Origin: the human T2T-CHM13v2.0 reference genome, Homo sapiens
DNA length: 64,000 nt
Strand: one strand, 5' to 3'
Assembly (NCBI RefSeq): GCF_009914755.1
Contig: NC_060933.1
Part shown: positions 57,091 through 64,000 of the stretch, one piece after another
How the letters are laid out: the number at the start of each line of letters is the position of its first letter
How positions within the stretch are numbered: position 1 is the stretch's first letter
Translations under genes and position numbers: made by a program
Notes under the pieces: generated by a model
What the model saw: the letters and a program-made list of their open reading frames with translations, nothing else
What the model was told of the DNA's origin: nothing
The model's database searches: none

Positions 57091-58096
57091 CTATTGCCCA
57101 TTTTATTTTGGATTATTTGATTTTTTGCTATTGAGTTGTTTGAGCTCTTTGAATATTCTGGTTTCATCCCTTGTTAGATGCGTAGTTTGCAAATATGTTC
57201 TTACATTCTGTGGTTTGTCTCTCCAATTTGCTGATTGTTTCCTTTGCTGTGTTTCTTAGTTGATATTGTCCCATTTGTCCATTTTTGCTTTGGTTGCCTG
57301 TGCTTTTGAGGTCTCAAGAAATCTTTACCCAGAGTAATGTTCTAGAGAATTTCCCCAGTGTCTTATTTTAGTAGTTTTATAGTTGCAAGTCTTAGATTTA
57401 AATGTTTAATACATTTTTTATTTGATTTTTGCCTATGGTGAGAGATAAGGGTCTAGGTTCATTCTTCTGGATAGGGATATCCAGTTTTCCCAGCACCACT
57501 TACTGAAGAGACTGTCATTTCCCAAGTGTATGTTCTTGGTGCCTTTGTCAAAAATGAGTTGACTGTAAATGTGTGGATTTATTTCAAGGTTCTCTATTCT
57601 ATTCCAATTGGTTTATGTGTCTGTTTTTTATGTGAGTACCATGCTGTTTTTGTTACTATAGCTTATAATATAATTTGAAGTCTGATAGTGTGATGCCTCC
57701 AGCTTTGTTCTTTTTGTTCAGAATTATCTTGGCTATTCCAGGTCTTTTGTTGTTCCATATAAATTTTAGGATTATTTTTTCTATTTTTATGGAGAATATT
57801 ATTGGTATTTTGATAGGGATTGTACTGAATCTGTAGATTGCTTTGGGTAGTATGGATATTTTAACAATATTGATTCTTCCAATCCATGAACATGAAATAT
57901 CTTTCCATTATTTTCTGTTCTCTTCCAATTCCTTCATCAATGCTTTATGATTTTCAATGTAGAGATCTTTCACTTCTTTGGTTAAATTTATTCCTAGGTA
58001 TTTAATTTTATATGTAGCTATTGTAAGTGAGATTATTTTCTATACTTATTTTTCAGATTGTTCACTGTTGGCATATCAAAACACTACTGATTTTTT
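57091..58096 (-). mobile_element. Inverted ORF2 segment of an L1MA-type element
   Basis: Reverse L1 ORF2: cccagcaccacttactgaagagac, tgatgcctccagctttgttc, aatctgtagattgctttgggtag. Confidence 0.9.
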
Positions 58097-58253
58097 AGAT
58101 GTGAGTAAGCATTTTTAAAAAGGCATGCAAATGGCCAAAAGATACATGAAAAAATGCTCAGCATCACTAATCATCAGAGAAATGCAAATAAAAGCTATAA
58201 TGAGATATCATGTCACCCCAATTTAAAAAGCTTTTGTCAAAAAGCCAGGCAAT
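58097..58253 (+). mobile_element. Forward ORF2 segment of the same L1
   Basis: caaatggccaaaagatacatgaaaaaatgctcagcatcactaatcatcagagaaatgcaaat continues from the consensus point at 57091. Confidence 0.8.
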
Positions 58254-61200
58254 GTGGAGGGGGTGAGTTTAACTGGCAAGGACAACCTGCTCTCACCATG
58301 GGCCTCTGAAATCCCAGTAGGAGGAGACTTCTTGAACATCACGGACACTTGAGTTGAGAGAGAGAGCTGCTTAGAGAGGTAGTAGAGACAGAATTCATCT
58401 GGTAGGGAGCCCAGGACAGTTTGGTGCAGGAGCATCTGTAGGGGAGCACAGCCAGGAATACCCATCCCCTTAGTATCAATTTGCTCCCACAGGAGACTTC
58501 AAGACTTCAACCCTAGTGTAACTGTTGAACCTGAACTCTGCAGGGCAGTCTTGCCCATGAGATAGGACTAGTTCAACCCACCCTTTGCTCTGACAGCCTC
58601 TCCTGGGGCCCCAGCCTGGCTGTGACTGCTTGCAGTGCAGCCCCTAGGTACCGGCTGGGGACCAAAATCATAGCTCCTGCACTAGTGGACCACACCTGAC
58701 CAACAGAGTGCTTCAGCAGAGCTGCCTGCAGCAGCCCGCCCATACTGTCCCCCAGTGCAGCCTTCCCCATACCAATTTGCCTACAGGCAATCACCCATGG
58801 CCACCCCCATATCACTTTGCTGGCATGTGTGTGCACAAGCGGACCTAGCCTTCTCTTCCCTGTTAGTGTGCATGTGTGGGTGTGCCATGCCATGTCACTG
58901 CTACCAGCATGAATGCACCCTGCCCCCTGCCGTGCCATACTGCCTTTGTTGTCAGAGTGTTGGCGGGCACAGAGCCCACCAGCCCTGCCCCTGCCAGTGT
59001 CCCATTTCTGCACTGGGGCTGCTGTTGGAAAACTAGGCACAGAGAACAGCAGACCCCTTGCCTCAAGCACAGAGTGGCCACTGCTGCCAGCACAAACATG
59101 CACAGAGGGCACATACCGTCCTGTACCCACCAGTGCCCTGCTCCTGTGCTAACACCACCACTGGTGTGAACAAGGGCCCTGCACCCCCAGCCCTACTGAT
59201 ACTACACAGAGGCTGGCATTGCAGCACCTGCTAGCTCCCTGTTGTAACCAACAAGCATGTACCCCATTGCACTGCCACTGCCACTGCTGCTGGCATAAGT
59301 GAACAAAAGCCGATCCTGCTGCCACCACCCTACAAAGTATTTTGGCTGGCACCACCCATTGGAGTGTCGTGACTAGCAGTCTAGGAGCACCTTGGCCCTT
59401 CCAGTGCAGCAGGGTCCTAACCTTGAGGAGCCAAAATCAAAGCCAGGCCCAATCCAGTCAAACAGAGTTAGAACACACAGTGCAGGAGTCCTGAGCTAAG
59501 CTTTGGCCTGGCCTCCTAAAATCTTCCAGTAATGAAGCTAGTCAACTGAACCCATCTTATACCACAATCAAACCCCCAAGGTCATCAAATAGGATCAAAG
59601 AAAAAAACACATCTAGAGGATAGCAACTTCAAAGACTGAAGGAACATAAACCCACAAAGGCAAGAAAGCACCAGCACAAAAGCTCTGACAACTCAAAAAG
59701 TCAAAGTGTCTTCTTTCCTCCAAATAATGGCACTAGTTCTTCAACAAGGGTTCTTAGCCAGATGGAGGTGGCTGAAACGACAGAAATGGAATTCAGAATA
59801 TGGATAGGAAGGAAGATCACCGATTTTCAGGAGGTCATTGAAACCCAATTTAAGGAAGCTAAGAATCACAATAAAATGATACAGGAGCAGACAGACAAAA
59901 TAGCTGGCATAGGAAAGGACGTGACAACCTGACAGAGCTGAAAAACACTCTACAAGAATTTCATAATGCAATAACAAATATTAACAGCAGAATAGACTAA
60001 GCTAAGGAGAGAATCTCAGAGTGTGGAGACTAGCTTTCTGAAATAAGACAGACAAAAATAAAAAAGAATAATGAATAATGAAGGAACAATCCAAACCACC
60101 AAGAAATATGGAATTATGTATAGAGAATGAATCTATGACTCACAGCCATCATGAAAGAGATGGGAAAAATGAAAGCAACTTGGAAAACATATTTCAGAAT
60201 ATTATTCATGAGAACTTCCCCAACCTAGCTAGAGAGGCCAACGTTCAAATTCAGGAAATGCAGAGAACCCCCACAATATATTTCACAAGAAGATCATCAC
60301 CTAGACACATAATCATCAGATTCTTCAAGGTCAAAATGAAAGAAAAATTGTTATAGGACAGGACACTTACAAAAGGAAGCCTATCAGACTAACAGTGGAC
60401 CTCTAAGCAGAAATCCTCCAAGCCAGAAGAGATTGGGGGCCTGTATTCAACATTCTTAAAAAAAGAAATTCTCACTAAGAGTTTCATATCCAGCCAAACT
60501 AAGCTTCATAATCAAAGAAGAAATAAGATTCTTTTCAGACAAGCAAATGCTGAGGGAATTCATTACCAGTATACCTGCCTTACAAGAGCTCCTGAAAGAA
60601 GGACTAAATATGGAAAGAAAAGACCGTTATCATTCACTCCAAAAGAGATGTAAGTACAGAGACCAATGACGCTATAAAATAGCCACACAAACAAGTCAGC
60701 ATAATAAACAGTTAACAACATGATGACAGGATCAAATCCACAAATATCAATACTAATCTGGAATGTAAATTGGCTAAATGCCCAATTAAAAGGCACAGAG
60801 TGGCAAGTTGGATGAAGAACCAATGGTACGCTGTCTTTAAGAGACCCGTCTCACATGCAGTGACACCCATAGGTTCAAAATAAAGGGATGGAGAAAAATC
60901 TACCAAGCAAATGGAAAACAGAAAAAAAGTAAGGGTTGCAATCCTAGTTTCAGGCAAAACAGACTTTAAAACAACAGAGATAAAAAAGATAAAGAAGAGC
61001 ATTACATAAAGGATTCAAGCAAGAAGACCTAACTACTTCAAATATATATATGCACCCAACACAGGAGCACCCAGATTCATAAAGTAACTTCTTAGAGACC
61101 TTCAGAGAGATGTAAACTCACACAGAATAATAGTGGGAGACTTCAACACCCAACTGACAGTATTAGACAGATCAGAGAGGCAGAAAATTAATTAACAAAG

Positions 61201-63834
61201 ATATTCAGGACCTGAAGTCAACACTGTGCCAAATGAATGTAATAGATATCTACGTAACTCTCCACCTGAAAACAACAGAGTGTACATTCTTCTCATCTGT
61301 ACATGGCACATACACTAAAATCAACCACACAATCAGAGATTAAGAAATCCTCAGAAAATGGAAAATAACTGAAATCATACCAACCGCTCTCTTGGACCAC
61401 AGCACAATAAAAATAGAACTCAAGACTAAGAAAATCACTCAAAACCATACAATTAAATAGAAATTAGAGAGCCTGCTCCTGAATGACTTTTGGGTAAATA
61501 ATGAAATTAAGGCAGAAGTCAAGAAATTCTTTGAAACTAATGAAAACAAAGATAAAACATACCAGGATCTCTACACAGCTAAGGTAGTGTTAGGAGGAAA
61601 ATTTATAGCAGTAAATGTCCATATTAAAAAGTTAGAAAGATCTCAAATTAACAACCTAACGTCACAAGTAAAGAACTAGAGAACCAAGAGCAAACCAACC
61701 CCAAAGCTAGTGGAAGACAAAAAATAACCAAAATCAGAGCTGAACTGAAAGAAAGTGAGACATGAAAAACCATTCAAAAGATCAACAAACACAGGAGCAG
61801 TTTTTTTGAAAAAAAAAAAAAATGAGATAAATACACTGCTAGCTAGACTAATAAAGAAGAGAGAGAAGATCCAAATAAACTCAATCAGAAATGACAAAAG
61901 GGGTATTACCACTGACCCCACAGAAATACAACTAACGCTAGAGACTATTAGAACACCACCATGCACACAAACTGGAAAATCTAGAAGAAATGGATAAATT
62001 CTGGGCACATACACCCTCCCAAGACTGAACCAGGAAGAAATTGAATCCCTAAACAGATCAATAATAAGCTCCAAAATTGAATGAGTAATAAATGGCCTAC
62101 CAACCAAAAAAAAAAAAAAAAAACCCCAAAAAACCAAAAACTCAGGACCAGATGGATTCACAGCTGAACTCTACCAGATGTACAAAGGAGAGTTGGTACC
62201 ATTTCTACTGAAACTATCCCAAAACATTGAGGAGGAAGGACTCCTCCCTAACTCATTCTATGAGGGCCAGCATCATCCTGATACCTAAATCTGGTAGAGA
62301 TACAACATACAAGAAAACTTCATGCCAATATCCTTGATGAACACTAATGCAAAAATCCTCAACAAATTACTAGCAAACCAAATCCAGCAGTAAATCAAAA
62401 TGCTAACCCACCATGATCAAGTAGGCTTTATGCCTGGGATGCAAGGTTGGTTCAACATACACAAATTAATAAATGTCATTTATCACATAAACAGAAGTAA
62501 AGACAAAAACCACGTGATCATCTCAATAGATGCAGAAAAGGCTTTTGATAGAATTCAACATCCCTTCATGTTAAAACTCTCAACAAACTAAGTATTGGAT
62601 GAACATACCTCAAAATAATGAGAGCCATATATGACAAACCCACAGACAACATTATACTGAACGGGAAAAAGCTCAAAGCATCGCCCTTGAAAACTGGCAC
62701 AAGACAAAGATGTCCTCTTTCATCACTCTTATTCAAAATAGTATTGCAAGTCCTGGCCAGAGCAAGAGAAGGAAATAAAGGACATCCAAATGGAAATAGA
62801 GGAAGTTGCACTATCCCTGTTTGCAGATGAAATGATTCTATATCTAGAAAATCCCATAGTCTTGGCCCCAAAGCTCCATAAGCTGATAAGTCACTTCAGC
62901 AAAGTCTCAGGATACAAAATCAATGTAGAAAAATCACTAGCATTCCTATACACCAACAACAGTCAAGCCAAAATCCAAATTGGGAATGCAATCCCGTGCA
63001 CATTTGCCACAAAAAAATAAAATACACAGGAATACAGCTAATAAGGGAGGTGAAAAATCTCTACAACAAGAACTATAAAACACTGCTCAAAGAAATCAAA
63101 GAAGACACAAATGGAATAAATAGGAAAAATCAATTTTGTTAAAATGGCCATACTGCCCAAAGCAACGTACAGATTCAATGGTATTCCTATCAAACCACCA
63201 ATGACATTCTTCACGGAACTAGAAAAAAGTATTTTAAAATTCATATGGAACCAGAAAAGAGCCCAAACAGCGAAGGCAATCCTAAGCAAAAAGAACAAAG
63301 CCGGAAGCATCACAGTACCCGACTTCAAATTATACTACAGGGCTAGAGTAACCAAAACAGCATGGTAGTGGTACAAAAACAGGCATATACCCAATGGAAC
63401 AGAATAGAAAGCCTAGAAAAAATGGTGCTAGGATAACTGGTTAGCTATATGCCAAAGATTGAAGCTGGACCCCTTCCTTATACCATATACAAAAATCAAC
63501 TGAAGATGGATTAAAGACAAATGTAAAACCCCAAACTATAAAATCTCTGGAAGGCAACCTAGGAGTACCATCCTGGTTGTAGGAACAGGCAATGGTTTCA
63601 TGACAAAGGCACCAAAAACAATCACAACAAAAGCAAAAATTGACAAGTGGGATCTAATTAAACTTAAGAGCTGCACAACAAAAGAAAACTATCAATAGAG
63701 GGAACAGACAACCTACGGGATGGGAGACAATTTTTGCAAACCATCCATCTGACAAAGGTCTAATATCCAGCATCTATAAGAAACTTAAACAAATTTACAA
63801 GAAAAAAACAATCCAATTAAAAAGTGGGCAAAGG
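58254..63834 (+). mobile_element. Near full-length decayed L1 (L1PA13-16-like): 5' UTR, ORF1, ORF2
   Basis: GC-rich UTR to about 59600. ORF1 remnant ENIFQNIIHENFPNLAREANVQIQEMQRTP. ORF2 starts ATGATGACAGGATCAAAT at 60720, with RT motifs [27 protein letters not shown] and [15 protein letters not shown]. Many stops and frameshifts. Confidence 0.96.
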
Positions 63835-64000
63835 GGCCAGGCACTGTGGCTCACACCTATAATCCCAGCACTTCGGGAGGCCGAGGCAGACAGATCACAA
63901 AGTCAAGAGATCGAGGCCATCCTGGCCAACATGGTGAAACCCTGTCTCTACTAAAAATCAAAAATTAGCTGGGCGTGGTGGCACTCACCTGTAGTCCCAG
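63835..64000 (+). mobile_element. AluSc (runs off the window)
   Basis: gtcaagagatcgaggccatcctggccaacatgg diagnostic; inserted downstream of a tt/aaaa site in L1 ORF2. Confidence 0.92.

Noticed and set aside
58573-59169. 185-aa and overlapping ORFs
   Set aside because: They lie in the GC-rich L1 5' UTR, where stop codons are depleted by composition.
60720-63834. Active L1 ORF2
   Set aside because: Multiple stops, frameshifts and deletions, and the ORF1 start appears mutated; not retrotransposition competent.

Overview
Primate (human-like) genomic DNA, AT-rich and CpG-depleted. I see no intact protein-coding gene. The ORF track is mostly Alu/L1-derived or chance ORFs. A large part of the window is interspersed repeat: about 16 Alu elements or monomers, several L1s, LTRs (THE1, MLT1A, MER54, MER21, MER34-like), hAT DNA transposons (MER5, MER20, MER33, MER58, MER115-like), MIR/L2, a degenerate CR1/L3 fragment and a probable MER121-type ancient conserved element. 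The L1s include a near full-length decayed L1PA13-16-like copy nested in a twin-primed older L1. The unique sequence in 0.3-21 kb carries several strong minus-strand splice donors (272, 13373, 18942, 19803, 20894/20920), two promoter-like CpG/purine-rich islets (0.3-1 kb and 18.9-19.4 kb, the latter with RFX X-boxes) and a TATA-like short exon. This looks like the multi-promoter 5' end of a minus-strand gene whose coding exons lie left of the window; I cannot name the gene. There is also a candidate 15-nt plus-strand microexon at 37959-37973. I found no evidence for a wholly new biological system; the findings are candidates to test. Repeat subfamily names are from recalled consensus features, not from a database search.
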